NCBI GenBank assembly: GCA_964448465.1
Contig: CAYUVY010000001.1
Span: forward strand, 25,196 to 89,195
Source of the DNA: an uncultured Gammaproteobacteria bacterium
GTDB lineage: Bacteria; Patescibacteriota; Microgenomatia; UBA12405
Length of the DNA stretch: 64,000 nucleotides
Direction: 5' to 3'
The translations under genes were made by a program, and so were the position numbers. The notes beneath the pieces are model-generated. The model saw nothing but the letters and a program-made list of their open reading frames with translations. It did not search any database and was not told the origin of the DNA. Shown here piece after piece: positions 1 through 10,311 of this stretch. Each line of letters starts with the position of its first letter. Position 1 is the stretch's first letter.

Positions 1-609
1 CCAATAGATTTGCCAATTAAAAACAAGACAATTTCGAAGAGCAAACAAATATTATCAGTAGGCAGGTTTGACAACATATTAAACACCAAAAGACATGATA
101 TTTTAATTGAAGCCTTCAAGGAATTCTCTAAACATACCAAAGAATACAAGCTTATTCTTGTTGGCGGGTCGGTAGATATTAACTCACAGTATATAAATAA
201 ACTCAAGTCTTCCATCGCTAAACTGCCTGCAGAGATTAGGTTAAACGTAAACCCAAATGAGTTAATTAGTTTGTATCAATCCTCTTCTATTTACTGGCAT
301 GCCGCTGGTTTTGGTGTAGATGAAAAATCTAATCCAGAAAATACAGAACATTTTGGTATTAGCATTGTCGAAGCTATGTCTTATGGCTGTCTAGTTTTTG
401 CTCCACAAAAAGGTGGCATAAAAGAAATAATTATAGATAACAAAAATGGATTTTTTTACGACACCGTAAGAGAATTAGTAAACAAAACTCTTAAAATAAT
501 TACTCAAAAAAATCAAATTAAACTTCGCACCAATGCTATAAAAACAATTAGATTGTTTGGGAAAACACACTTTTTTAACAATTTTAAAAATATTATCAAT
601 CATGGTTAA
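1..609 (+). CDS. Glycosyltransferase family 4 (GT4), C-terminal part; gene starts upstream of window
   Basis: Reading frame is open to base 1. The C-terminal GT4 donor-binding motif EAMSYGCLVFAPQKGGIKEII (E-x7-E-like region) is present. The TTG at 10 in the track is probably internal. Confidence 0.7.
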   Translation, partial: PIDLPIKNKTISKSKQILSVGRFDNILNTKRHDILIEAFKEFSKHTKEYKLILVGGSVDINSQYINKLKSSIAKLPAEIRLNVNPNELISLYQSSSIYWHAAGFGVDEKSNPENTEHFGISIVEAMSYGCLVFAPQKGGIKEIIIDNKNGFFYDTVRELVNKTLKIITQKNQIKLRTNAIKTIRLFGKTHFFNNFKNIINHG

Positions 610-1489
610 GAAAAAAGTTAGTGTCGTTGTCACGAACTGGAATGGTGCCAATTTACTTAAAAAGAGCTTGCCAATAATATTAAAAAATAGCCCAGAAGCT
701 TCAGAAATTTTGGTGGCAGATGATGCTTCTTCAGACAATAGTCTTCAGATTGTTAAAGAATTTCAGAAGTCAGACTCTCGGATAATACTTATTAGTCACA
801 AAAAAAATCTAGGTTTTGCCAATAACTCTAACCATGCTATTTCAAAAACAAAAAATAATCTAGTGGTCCTACTAAATAACGATATTTACCCCGAACCAGA
901 TTACATCAAAAACTCTTTAATATATTTTAATGATAAAAAGTTATTTGGTGTATCATTCTGTGAAATAAATAATCCTAACTGGGCAAAAATATTTTTTAAG
1001 AATGGTTATTTTCAATATTCGGAAGGACAGTCAATCAAAGAAATACACATTACCGGATGGGTTTCCGGGGGTTCCTCGATAATAAATAAATCAATTTTTC
1101 ATAAACTAGGAGGTTTTGATAATATTTACGAACCGTTTTATTCTGAAGATTTGGACATAGGCTATCGGGCCTGGAAAAGCGGCTACCACTTACTTTGGAA
1201 TCCAACATCAAAAGTAAGTCATAAACACGAAACCACTACCTCTAAGTTTCCACGCAGGTTCCTTGACTATGTTAAGGAAAGGAACAGGTTGCTTACAGTA
1301 TACAGAAATATTACTGATGTCCAATATCTACGACACAACACTATCGCAAAATTTACCAGGATACTGTTTGGACCAAATTATTTAAAAATAATTTTAGCTG
1401 CTCAACGCCAACTCAACTCCTACCCAAAACCAGTAGTATTCCCAAAGCTTACTGACAAAGAAATTTTTGCCAAATTCGACCATGACTAA
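602..1489 (+). CDS. Glycosyltransferase family 2 (GT2)
   Basis: VSVVVTNWNGANLLKKSL...ADDASSDNS is a GT2 N-terminal Rossmann/DXD-type signature. The ATG at 602 overlaps the upstream stop (ATGGTTAA). The track ORF starts at 557. Confidence 0.8.
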   Translation: MVKKKVSVVVTNWNGANLLKKSLPIILKNSPEASEILVADDASSDNSLQIVKEFQKSDSRIILISHKKNLGFANNSNHAISKTKNNLVVLLNNDIYPEPDYIKNSLIYFNDKKLFGVSFCEINNPNWAKIFFKNGYFQYSEGQSIKEIHITGWVSGGSSIINKSIFHKLGGFDNIYEPFYSEDLDIGYRAWKSGYHLLWNPTSKVSHKHETTTSKFPRRFLDYVKERNRLLTVYRNITDVQYLRHNTIAKFTRILFGPNYLKIILAAQRQLNSYPKPVVFPKLTDKEIFAKFDHD

Positions 1490-2282
1490 ACAATATTCTA
1501 TTATTATTATTAATTACAACACTTCACAAATTACCTTAAATTGCATACAAAGTATAATTAAGTTCACTAATAATCTTGAGCATGGCGAGTTAATTGTTCT
1601 AGACAATGGGTCTACCGATGATTCTGTAGAGAAAATTAGTAAATTTAAGAACAAAAACATTCAACTGATTTTAAGTAAAGATAACCTAGGGTTTGCGCGA
1701 GGTAATAATTTAGGAGCAAAACATGCCCAAGGATCCTATCTATTTTTTTTAAATTCCGATACCCTTCTGATTAAAAACGATTTACAAAGTAACATTAGTT
1801 ATTTACACAATCATCCCACAATTGGTTTACTAGCACCCAGGCTACTTAATCAAGACTTGAGTATTCAAGACAGCTGCTTTCAAGATCAGTCTATACTTAA
1901 TGCTTTAAAATATCTTTTTGGAAACAAACAGGCAATAGGGAAATATTCTCCCAAGCAGCAAATAAAGGTTCAATACGTTGTGGGTGCAGCTATGCTTATT
2001 AGTAGAAACTTGTTTACAGACATGGGCGGGTGGAACGAAAAATACTTCATGTATTTTGAAGATCTGGACTTTTGTGACAAAGTTAGATCATTTGGCAAAC
2101 AAATAATATACAAACCAGATTGGCAAGTTATACATCTTCATGGTCAAAGTGGTATAAGTTCAAAACAACCATCCCAAAGCTATAATTTTTTAGTTCAAAG
2201 TAGTAAAACCTACCACGGTAAAATTAAATACTATCTTATGACGGGTATTCTTAAGCTGGCAAACAGACTAAACCTAAATTAA
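1482..2282 (+). CDS. Glycosyltransferase family 2 (GT2)
   Basis: YSIIIINYNTSQITLNCIQSI...LDNGSTDDS is a GT2 signature. The ATG at 1482 overlaps the preceding stop (ATGACTAA). The track ORF begins at TTG 1467. Confidence 0.8.
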   Translation: MTKQYSIIIINYNTSQITLNCIQSIIKFTNNLEHGELIVLDNGSTDDSVEKISKFKNKNIQLILSKDNLGFARGNNLGAKHAQGSYLFFLNSDTLLIKNDLQSNISYLHNHPTIGLLAPRLLNQDLSIQDSCFQDQSILNALKYLFGNKQAIGKYSPKQQIKVQYVVGAAMLISRNLFTDMGGWNEKYFMYFEDLDFCDKVRSFGKQIIYKPDWQVIHLHGQSGISSKQPSQSYNFLVQSSKTYHGKIKYYLMTGILKLANRLNLN

Positions 2283-2332
2283 CCGATGTCGCTAGATAGC
2301 CAAATTAACTATCAATAAAGTATAATTGTGTT

Positions 2333-4057
2333 GTGATATATATTCTGATATTTTTCATATCATTTTTTACTAAGATTTATAAGATAAATTTCGTCCCCCC
2401 AAGCCTTTTTTCCGACGAGGTAGATATTGGATATCAAGCTCAAATATTTAATAAATGTTATAGTGACTACTACGGTAATTTTTTACCAACCCATTTCCAC
2501 TCCTTTTCTGACTGGCGAACCTCCGGATATTTATATTCCACAATAATTCTTGAAAAGTTAGGTATAAATTCTGACTTATCTATTAGACTACCAGCAGCTA
2601 TTTATGGTTCTTTGTGTGTCTTACTCTTAATTCTTATCATTAATATCTCTACCAAATTAACTATTATTCAAAAAATAACCCTAGCTATCGTTTTTTCCCT
2701 AAATCCTTGGTTGTATCACTACAGTAGAACAGGTTTTGAAGTCACCGGGATGCTATTTTTTATACTATTGGGCATATTCTGGCTAATCAAGTCCTACCAC
2801 AAATTTCAAACAAAACTATTTACCATGGGATTGATTTCTTTGGTAGTTAGTACTTATTTTTACTCCACTGCTAAGTTTTTTTCGCCAGCCTTAGCTTTGA
2901 TTTTTATAATTCTAACTATAACCAAAAACAAGATTAAGATATCTAAAATACTTTTACCGATATTTATCGTATTTCTGTTTTGTATCCCACAGGTTAAAGA
3001 TATTTATCAGCAAAAATCTGGATACAGATTTTCTTATATTAGTGTTTTTTCCGATCCTTTTATCTCCAAGAAAATTGATTTTCAAAGATATTTAGATTCT
3101 TTTCCCAATGTTGAAAAGAAAGTTGGCTATCAAACCACCTTATTTGAAAAAATATTACACAACAAAATAACCAATGTTGGTCAGACCATTTTAAATAATT
3201 ACTTTAATTCATTTTCCACAAGCTTTTTAATTATCAAAGGGGACGAAAACTTACGACAGGGATTTGGAGAGTACGGTATGCTTTTGATCGTAGAATACAT
3301 ATTCTTGTTCTTGGGATTATATCTATGTTTTAAAAAAACTCCATCTTTTACTTCTAAGCTTTTTTTAGTAATTCTAATTTTAGCGCCCATACCTTCCTCT
3401 TTAACCCGAGACTCAGCCGGACCCCATGCTACCAGATTAATACTCCTTCTACCATCAATAATGTATTTTTATGGAAATAGCCTTATTTACCTATTTAATA
3501 AAAAAATATTAGTCACAATTGTCTTTATCTTATTAGCGACAAATTCCATATTTTTTTATGAATCATATTTTGTTCATTATCCAAGCATATCCGAAGAATC
3601 CTGGCACCTAGGCTTAAAAGAAGCTGTACTTTTTGCAAACAATCAACAACAAGCTAATCCACAAACTATTAATTATTACAGCAGTCAAGTTGAGTCTTTT
3701 GTTCCTTTCTTTTTGTATTACACAAAATACTCACCCGTGTTAAATAGTTGTGCTCCAGCACTAACCATTTCTTCACAAAAAATTCAAAATGAGGAGTATC
3801 TTAAAGCAGAAAATAACAACTATTTTGGTAAATTTGACTGGCAGGAGTTAATAAAACAAGACTTTGGACTTAATTCCCACTTTATACTAAGAAACTCTGA
3901 GCTAACAAATCTAAAGCAAGGGGTTGATAATTACAACAATAATTATCAACCCACAAGCAAACTAACGACAAAAATACTTTGGAAATACAACAGTCCATAT
4001 TATGAAGGCAATTATCCGCTAGTCGTAGGTCTTGATTTCATACCAAACACACAATGA
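2333..4057 (+). CDS. Polytopic membrane glycosyltransferase, GT-C fold (ArnT/PMT_2-like, GT39/GT83-like)
   Basis: 574 aa with many predicted TM helices. Acidic first-loop motif SLFSDEVDIGYQ sits shortly after the first hydrophobic segment. GTG start at 2333 is preceded by TATAAT at 2321-2326. The start codon is uncertain. Confidence 0.65.
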   Translation: MIYILIFFISFFTKIYKINFVPPSLFSDEVDIGYQAQIFNKCYSDYYGNFLPTHFHSFSDWRTSGYLYSTIILEKLGINSDLSIRLPAAIYGSLCVLLLILIINISTKLTIIQKITLAIVFSLNPWLYHYSRTGFEVTGMLFFILLGIFWLIKSYHKFQTKLFTMGLISLVVSTYFYSTAKFFSPALALIFIILTITKNKIKISKILLPIFIVFLFCIPQVKDIYQQKSGYRFSYISVFSDPFISKKIDFQRYLDSFPNVEKKVGYQTTLFEKILHNKITNVGQTILNNYFNSFSTSFLIIKGDENLRQGFGEYGMLLIVEYIFLFLGLYLCFKKTPSFTSKLFLVILILAPIPSSLTRDSAGPHATRLILLLPSIMYFYGNSLIYLFNKKILVTIVFILLATNSIFFYESYFVHYPSISEESWHLGLKEAVLFANNQQQANPQTINYYSSQVESFVPFFLYYTKYSPVLNSCAPALTISSQKIQNEEYLKAENNNYFGKFDWQELIKQDFGLNSHFILRNSELTNLKQGVDNYNNNYQPTSKLTTKILWKYNSPYYEGNYPLVVGLDFIPNTQ

Positions 4058-5646
4058 AAAAATACATCTTACTTCTTTTTTTAATAATCTTATTACCATA
4101 TTTCAAACTAATTTTACCCGGATTCCCTTCTTTACAAGATCAAATGCACCCTCTACGACTTACTGACTTGAGACAGTGTCTTTCGGATCACCAAATACCT
4201 TGCCGTTATTCTACAAAATCTGCCTTAGGTTATGGCTACCCCTTGTTTAATTTTTACGGCCAAGGTGCTTATCTTCTACCAGCATTATTCAGCTATATTT
4301 TACCCTTAAATTCCTACGATTTGATGAAAATTCAAATTATTCTTTTTGCCTGTATCGGTGGTTTGGGCATATTTTTATTAGCAAAAACCAACAAATTGGA
4401 CAACCCCACCTCGATCCTGTTTGCAACTATTTTTAGTTATACGCCATATTTTGCCTTAGATGTATATGTTCGAGGAGCAATACCTGAATTTTCCGCCTTA
4501 ATGCTCATACCATGGATCTTTCTTCTCTCTTACCAAAACAGAACTATTTTCACCAACCTCGCCCTATCCTTAATTATCTTGACCCACATTCAAACAGGTT
4601 TAATAACCTTATTAATTTACTTATTTTATCTTATATTCTCCCACAAAAACAGACAGGCTCTTCTAAGCCTTTTGACTACATTGTTACTTTGTAGTTTTTA
4701 CTTAATCCCCGTTATCTTAGAAAACAATTTGGTCCAACTGAGCTCTACAACGAAAGGCATTTTTGACTACAATATCCATTTTCTCAACTTAAAGCAAATA
4801 TTTATCTCACCTTTTTGGGGATACGGAGCCTCAACATGGCTTGACAAAGACGGTATGGGTTTTACGTTGGGAATACCTTTAATTTTTCTTATTGCTACCA
4901 GTGTGTATCTCTATTTTAAATATCAGCAAAAAAAATTACCAAGTACATTTTTACTAATTATTTCCATTCTTTTTATATTTCTGGCCCATACTCGTTCAGC
5001 TTTTATATGGAAAATATTACCACTCGGTTATTATCAATTCCCCTGGAGATTTTTAGGTCTGGCCTCAATATTCACAATTATATTTTCTATTAACATTGTC
5101 AGCAAAAGCAATCTCCAGGCAAAATCCTTACCATTATTTGGAATCATACTTATCACTATACTTATCAACGCTCCTTATTTTCGGCCAGATATGGTCTTAT
5201 CCTACGATTACTTAAATACTCCCCAAAAACAAATCGAAATATCCTTGGGTGGTATTCAAGACTATTGGCCTACTACAGCCAAATCTATTCCCACTACACC
5301 AGCTCCAAATTTATTGCTTAACCTTGGACCAAAATACTATCCAACAACAACTAGTTTTACAAGAAAAAGTAATAGCATAGAAATAAAAGCCATTAACCCA
5401 GTTAGACAAGAATTAATCATCCCCATGTCCTATTATCCCGGGTGGGAGCTATTCGTAAACAGTAATCCAACACACATCACCCTGGATTCCACTTCAGGGT
5501 TTCCTAAGATAACTTTAGATCCGGGGCAGTACCAAATAAACATGTACCTCCAGAAAACAAAAGTACAAAAATATTCTGAATACTTAAGCTTGTTAACTAT
5601 TTTTGCTTTAATTTTTATAAAGATCAAAAATGTCAAACAAGCATAA
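4054..5646 (+). CDS. Polytopic integral membrane protein, probable GT-C-like/YfhO-like glycan-modifying protein
   Basis: 530 aa and highly hydrophobic with more than 10 predicted TM segments. ATGA overlap with the upstream gene. No DE motif was seen, so assignment to GT-C is by context only. Confidence 0.5.
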   Translation: MKKYILLLFLIILLPYFKLILPGFPSLQDQMHPLRLTDLRQCLSDHQIPCRYSTKSALGYGYPLFNFYGQGAYLLPALFSYILPLNSYDLMKIQIILFACIGGLGIFLLAKTNKLDNPTSILFATIFSYTPYFALDVYVRGAIPEFSALMLIPWIFLLSYQNRTIFTNLALSLIILTHIQTGLITLLIYLFYLIFSHKNRQALLSLLTTLLLCSFYLIPVILENNLVQLSSTTKGIFDYNIHFLNLKQIFISPFWGYGASTWLDKDGMGFTLGIPLIFLIATSVYLYFKYQQKKLPSTFLLIISILFIFLAHTRSAFIWKILPLGYYQFPWRFLGLASIFTIIFSINIVSKSNLQAKSLPLFGIILITILINAPYFRPDMVLSYDYLNTPQKQIEISLGGIQDYWPTTAKSIPTTPAPNLLLNLGPKYYPTTTSFTRKSNSIEIKAINPVRQELIIPMSYYPGWELFVNSNPTHITLDSTSGFPKITLDPGQYQINMYLQKTKVQKYSEYLSLLTIFALIFIKIKNVKQA

Positions 5647-7243
5647 GATTGTCCTTATCTTAATATTCTTTCTTGGTTTATTCCTTCGAACTTACAAGCT
5701 AGGCGAATATCCTGCTAGCCTAAACTGGGATGAGGTAAGTCACGGTTATACTGCCTACAGCATTCTAAAAACTAGTAAAGATCAATGGGGGCAAAAATTA
5801 CCCATATTTAATTTTCGAGCTTACGGTGATTATCCTACAACCTTAAACATGTACACAACCATACCTCTAATTAAGCTATTGGGATTACAAGACTGGGTTA
5901 TTAGGCTTCCAACGGCGATTTTGGGCGCATCTATGATTATTTCAGCCTATTTTATCTCGCAATATTTTCTACAAAATGGCGCTGGTTCTTTATTAGTTAG
6001 TTTATTGGTTGCCATCTCACCTTGGACATTTTTCTCCAGTAGGGGAGTCTATCAGTCTACCGTAGGTCAGGCTATTTTTATGCTTGGACTTGCAGTTTTT
6101 TTTAGACAAAAAAACAAATTTGCCTTAGGTTTTGGGTCTTTAATTATTTCCTTATCAGTTTTTGGTTATCATTCCAATCGTATAGTTTCAAGTTTAATTT
6201 TAGTCTATTTAATTTACAAATATAAGCGAACTATTATTCAGCAACACTTATTTTCCAAATTACTGATTACTATCTCTATTCTCATAATTTGTTTTTCTAC
6301 GATAAACATCATTAGTCCCGAGTCTAGGGCCAGATCTGCCTGGGTTGGCATCCTAAACATTTCCTCTGAAAACACCATAAACGAGGCAAGGCGAATATCC
6401 CCACAACCAGAAATAATTAAAAAAGTACTCTACAACAAAGCCACCTACCTAATTCCCAGATTAATTGGTAATTTTTTTAACTTACAAAACCCAATACCAC
6501 TATTTGTTACTGGTTCCAACCAATATCAATACAATCTACCCAACTTTGGACTTATTTACCCCACGCTCTTACCTTTCTTCTACTTGGGCTTAATAATTAT
6601 TTTATTTAATCCAAAAAGAAGTAAAAATACCGATTTTCTTGTACTTTGGGCTGTTGCCTTAATTCCAAGTCTAATTACCACAGGTGACTTTCCTACGCTT
6701 CGTTTGGCGACCATAATTCCACTACCTTTTATCGCCATAACCTATGCACTAATAAAACTGCCCAAACTCTTTAGACCTTTAATTTTACTGGTGACTATTC
6801 CTTTGTTTATATTTTATTATTATCAATATTTTTTCAATTACAACACAACCTATTCCAGTTCTTGGCAATATGGTTATAAACAAGTTGTCGAAATAGTTAG
6901 GCCTTTATATCCCCAATATGACCATATCATTATTACCAAAAAATATGGTGAACCACATGAATTTGTACTATATTATTGGCCGTGGGACCCCCAAACTTAC
7001 CAACAAGATCAACAAAAAATAACAGATTATCACGCTAACTGGTATTGGGTCGATGCTTTTGATAAATTTGTTTTTGTCAACGACTGGGAGATGAGCTCTT
7101 ACCTACTACAACACAATAGTGAAAATAATTTAATAATTACCTCGCCAAATAATTACCCCAAAGATATAAACTATTCTCATCTTCAAACAATTAACTTTTT
7201 AAACCAGCAACCAGCTTTTGAAATAATTGCCAATGAAATATAA
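5630..7243 (+). CDS. GT-C fold membrane glycosyltransferase (ArnT/PMT_2-like)
   Basis: First-loop motif NWDEVSHGYTAYSILKTSKDQWG and an SRGVYQ motif are paralogous to the next two genes. 537 aa, polytopic. Confidence 0.75.
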   Translation: MSNKHKIVLILIFFLGLFLRTYKLGEYPASLNWDEVSHGYTAYSILKTSKDQWGQKLPIFNFRAYGDYPTTLNMYTTIPLIKLLGLQDWVIRLPTAILGASMIISAYFISQYFLQNGAGSLLVSLLVAISPWTFFSSRGVYQSTVGQAIFMLGLAVFFRQKNKFALGFGSLIISLSVFGYHSNRIVSSLILVYLIYKYKRTIIQQHLFSKLLITISILIICFSTINIISPESRARSAWVGILNISSENTINEARRISPQPEIIKKVLYNKATYLIPRLIGNFFNLQNPIPLFVTGSNQYQYNLPNFGLIYPTLLPFFYLGLIIILFNPKRSKNTDFLVLWAVALIPSLITTGDFPTLRLATIIPLPFIAITYALIKLPKLFRPLILLVTIPLFIFYYYQYFFNYNTTYSSSWQYGYKQVVEIVRPLYPQYDHIIITKKYGEPHEFVLYYWPWDPQTYQQDQQKITDYHANWYWVDAFDKFVFVNDWEMSSYLLQHNSENNLIITSPNNYPKDINYSHLQTINFLNQQPAFEIIANEI

Positions 7244-8750
7244 AAACTTAATTATATTTTTAATCCTGATCTTAGCCAGCCTACTCAGGATATACAAAGT
7301 TAACGTTTATCCGCCCTTACTTTGGGACGAAGCCTCCCTTGGTTACAATGCCTACAGTCTACTAAAAACAGGCAAAGATGAATTTGGTACAATCCTACCC
7401 CTCACTCTTAAGTCCTTTGGAGACTACAAGCCAGCCCTATACGCCTATATAGACATACCTTTTGTGGCCATTTTTGGATTAACCCAGTTTGCGGTTAGAC
7501 TACCTTCCGTTTTGGCCGGAATTCTTACTGTGTACTTAATTTATCTAGTCATAGATTTATATACTAAAAATACTAAACTAGCACTTCTGGCTAGTTTTTT
7601 ACTAGCAACTAATCCTTTTCATATCCTTCTTTCTCGAGGTGCCTGGGAAACAAATCTAGTTTCTACTTTCTTTTTAGCTGCTATATACTTTCTTCAAAAT
7701 AAAAAGTATTTGTTCTCAATCATATTTTTTGTTCTACCCGCCTACACCTATCAATCTGCCAAGTTAACTGCCCCACTTCTGTTTTTAACTACCTTATTAA
7801 TCTACCCAAAAGTAAAAACAGTATACAAATTAGCTATCTTTTTTTGTTTATTTTCTCCGTTAATTTTTCTAAATTTTTTTGGCAAGGATAGTAACCGATT
7901 TAAAACTATGACTATTCTTAGCTATACCCAGCCAGACATCAGTAAAACTAGTATTTTCTTTCCTCAGTTATGGTTTATGACTAAAAATGTATTGATACGC
8001 TATTTTAACCACTTTTCTCCTCAGCTATTGTTTACTCAAGGTGATTGGCAAAACCCCAGGCAATCCGCACCATATACAGGTATCTTGTTGCTAATTACCT
8101 TACCGTTTCTAATAATTGGTTTATTTTCTTCCAAACCAAATAAATTACATCAATTGCTGTTAATTTGGCTATTTTTGGCACCCATACCCAGTAGTCTGAC
8201 CAAAGACATTGTCCAACCTGTTCGTGCTACCTCTTTTATAATACCCCTAGTTTTTTTTACTGCAGTAGGTATCGAAAAAATTCTCAAACACAAGTTCCTC
8301 TTGAGTCTGTTCATTATTGTTTTGGTAATAAATTTAGCATATGTTCAAGAAATGTACTACCAACATATGGTTAAAAAATCACCGCAAGAGTGGCTATTTG
8401 GCTATCAAGAAGCAATCCAGTTTGCACTAAATAAACAATCCGAACAAACTTTTTTTACTAACTTTTATGGACAACCACACATCTATTATGCCTTTGTCTC
8501 CAAGATGGACCCAGTTTATTATCAGTCGCAGATAAAGTTGACAACCACAAGCAACGATGTGGGTACGGTTGACAAACTAAACAGCTGGGAATTTAAGGAT
8601 ATAAATTTTAACCAATACAAAGACTATAAAAATATTACTTTGGTTATGTCAAGAGACGAACTGTTAAGGCAAAACTTGGATTTTGCAATGTTTACACCAC
8701 TTGGTTCTACTGATATTAATTATGCAAATTTTTATGGTTATAAAAAATAA
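7227..8750 (+). CDS. GT-C fold membrane glycosyltransferase (ArnT/PMT_2-like), paralog
   Basis: Motifs LWDEASLGYNAYSLLKTGKDEFG and SRGAWETN are present. Clear paralog of the 8734..10311 gene. Confidence 0.75.
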   Translation: MPMKYKNLIIFLILILASLLRIYKVNVYPPLLWDEASLGYNAYSLLKTGKDEFGTILPLTLKSFGDYKPALYAYIDIPFVAIFGLTQFAVRLPSVLAGILTVYLIYLVIDLYTKNTKLALLASFLLATNPFHILLSRGAWETNLVSTFFLAAIYFLQNKKYLFSIIFFVLPAYTYQSAKLTAPLLFLTTLLIYPKVKTVYKLAIFFCLFSPLIFLNFFGKDSNRFKTMTILSYTQPDISKTSIFFPQLWFMTKNVLIRYFNHFSPQLLFTQGDWQNPRQSAPYTGILLLITLPFLIIGLFSSKPNKLHQLLLIWLFLAPIPSSLTKDIVQPVRATSFIIPLVFFTAVGIEKILKHKFLLSLFIIVLVINLAYVQEMYYQHMVKKSPQEWLFGYQEAIQFALNKQSEQTFFTNFYGQPHIYYAFVSKMDPVYYQSQIKLTTTSNDVGTVDKLNSWEFKDINFNQYKDYKNITLVMSRDELLRQNLDFAMFTPLGSTDINYANFYGYKK

Positions 8751-10311
8751 ACAACTTTTAGTAACAGTCATAATCATGATACTGGCTGTATTCCTAAGAG
8801 CATATCATCTTGATACTTACCCTCCAATCAACGCCGACGAGGCTGCCTTAGGTTATAACGCCTACAGTTTGTTGCAAACAGGCAAAGATGAACACGGTGC
8901 CTCCTGGCCTCTCCATTTCCAATCATTTGGAGACTATAAACCAGGTGGCTACATCTATTTATTGTTACCTTTTGTTAAAATTTTAGGATTAAATTCTCTT
9001 GCCTTACGTCTGCCAAACTTGCTTTTGTCGATTCTCTGTATTTATCTAGTGGGGCAAATATCTAGACTTATGTTAAAAAATGATTATGCACAATATTTTT
9101 CCATGTTATTTATGGCTATTTCACCTTGGCACATAATCTTTAGTCGTGGTGCCTGGGAAAGTAGTTTTGCTTTTTCTTTGTTTATTCTTGGTTTATATTT
9201 ATTCCTAAAAAAACAAAAGATAGTTATTACCGCCATCTTTTGGGCCCTTAGTCTATATTTTTATCATTCAGCTAGGGTTTTTCTTCCTTTGTTTTTATTA
9301 AGTTTACTTATTTCTAATATTAAAGATAAAATTGAGTTTAAACGAGTACTATTAATCGGTGTCTTAGTTGCACTTTTAAGTTTACCGGCTTTCGTTTCCT
9401 TTCTTAAAAATAGTGGCACAGCTAGGTTTAACGGTGTTGGCATTTTTGCTGACCTCGGACCAAAAAATCGTGCCGAAGAGTTGCTAAACCAAGATGCAAA
9501 CACAAAACTTATCAACAGAATCACCCACAACTACAGATTACTTTATCTATTTTCTTTTGTAGATAAATATTTATCCCATTTCAACCTAAACTTCTTATTT
9601 ATAGAAGGGGATAGCGTCCCACGCTCTAAACTACCAGACCTTGGGCAAACTAGTCTATTTTTCTTTCCTTTATTTCTTTTGGGTTTATTTGCTTTGACCA
9701 AGCTAGACAGCAAGACAAAAATACTAATGCTTATTTTGTTATTTACCTCTCCCATTGCCTCTGCTTTAACCTTTCAGGCACCTTCTGCCCTTCGCAGTCT
9801 TTATCTTTTGCTTCCTTTGACTTTAATACTTACTCTTGGCTCACTACAACTACTAAAGTATAAAAGGACTTTTTTAACATTATTCACAATAGCCACACTT
9901 TTTAGCACCACCCAGCTAATCTATAGTTATTTCTATCGCTATCCTCGAGAACTATCCTTAGCTTGGCCTTATAGATTCCAGGAAGTAGTTAACTATCTAA
10001 AGACAAATAATTCCAATAACCTACCAGTTTATTTTACAAATACTTACGATCAGCCATATATACTTTACCTGTATTATTCCCAGTACCCTCCTTCCCGAGC
10101 CCAGACTCAAACTAAACTTACCACTCCCGACCAGTTTGGTTTCTCCACTGTCGAAAAGATAGATAACATAACTTTTGAGATTCCCAAATATACTGATATC
10201 GCCTCAAATTCCACCATAGTTGCTTCTAATGAAGTTATTCCAATCCTGCCAAAATTAACTTTTAATTTCGCAAATGGCCAAAATGCGTTTAAAATATATC
10301 AAAAGCCATGA
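8734..10311 (+). CDS. GT-C fold membrane glycosyltransferase (ArnT/PMT_2-like), paralog
   Basis: Motifs NADEAALGYNAYSLLQTGKDEHG and SRGAWESS are present. The N-terminus aligns with the 7227 gene when started at ATG 8734. The track start at 8683 is probably too far upstream. Confidence 0.75.
   Translation: MVIKNKQLLVTVIIMILAVFLRAYHLDTYPPINADEAALGYNAYSLLQTGKDEHGASWPLHFQSFGDYKPGGYIYLLLPFVKILGLNSLALRLPNLLLSILCIYLVGQISRLMLKNDYAQYFSMLFMAISPWHIIFSRGAWESSFAFSLFILGLYLFLKKQKIVITAIFWALSLYFYHSARVFLPLFLLSLLISNIKDKIEFKRVLLIGVLVALLSLPAFVSFLKNSGTARFNGVGIFADLGPKNRAEELLNQDANTKLINRITHNYRLLYLFSFVDKYLSHFNLNFLFIEGDSVPRSKLPDLGQTSLFFFPLFLLGLFALTKLDSKTKILMLILLFTSPIASALTFQAPSALRSLYLLLPLTLILTLGSLQLLKYKRTFLTLFTIATLFSTTQLIYSYFYRYPRELSLAWPYRFQEVVNYLKTNNSNNLPVYFTNTYDQPYILYLYYSQYPPSRAQTQTKLTTPDQFGFSTVEKIDNITFEIPKYTDIASNSTIVASNEVIPILPKLTFNFANGQNAFKIYQKP

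Noticed and set aside
475-738. Antisense or short ORFs in the six-frame track that lie inside larger genes. Examples are 475-738(-), 3199-3390(-), 4512-4694(+), 5433-5636(-), 9264-9530(-), 9543-9755(-), 10633-10842(-), 14528-14782(-), 16565-16789(-), 17408-17617(-), 18861-19118(+), 20475-21058(+), 23854-24072(-), 24352-24669(-), 28749-28988(+), 33469-33824, 35943-36173(+), 36939-37271(+), 38687-38915(-), 40751-40942(-), 42911-43141(+), 44282-44560(+), 46222-46422(+), 53246-53605(-), 55019-55204(-), 55753-56046(-), 58066-58263(+), 61183-61368(+), 61622-62167 and 63085-63276(-).
   Set aside because: Each is fully embedded in, or antisense to, a longer ORF with clear family motifs. Their translations are low-complexity or motif-free. 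In an AT-rich genome such frames are expected by chance.
2321-2326. TATAAT hexamer 6 nt upstream of the GTG start of the first GT-C gene.
   Set aside because: No convincing -35 partner was found. TATAAT-like hexamers are frequent in AT-rich DNA. It is noted as a possibility only, in the feature evidence.
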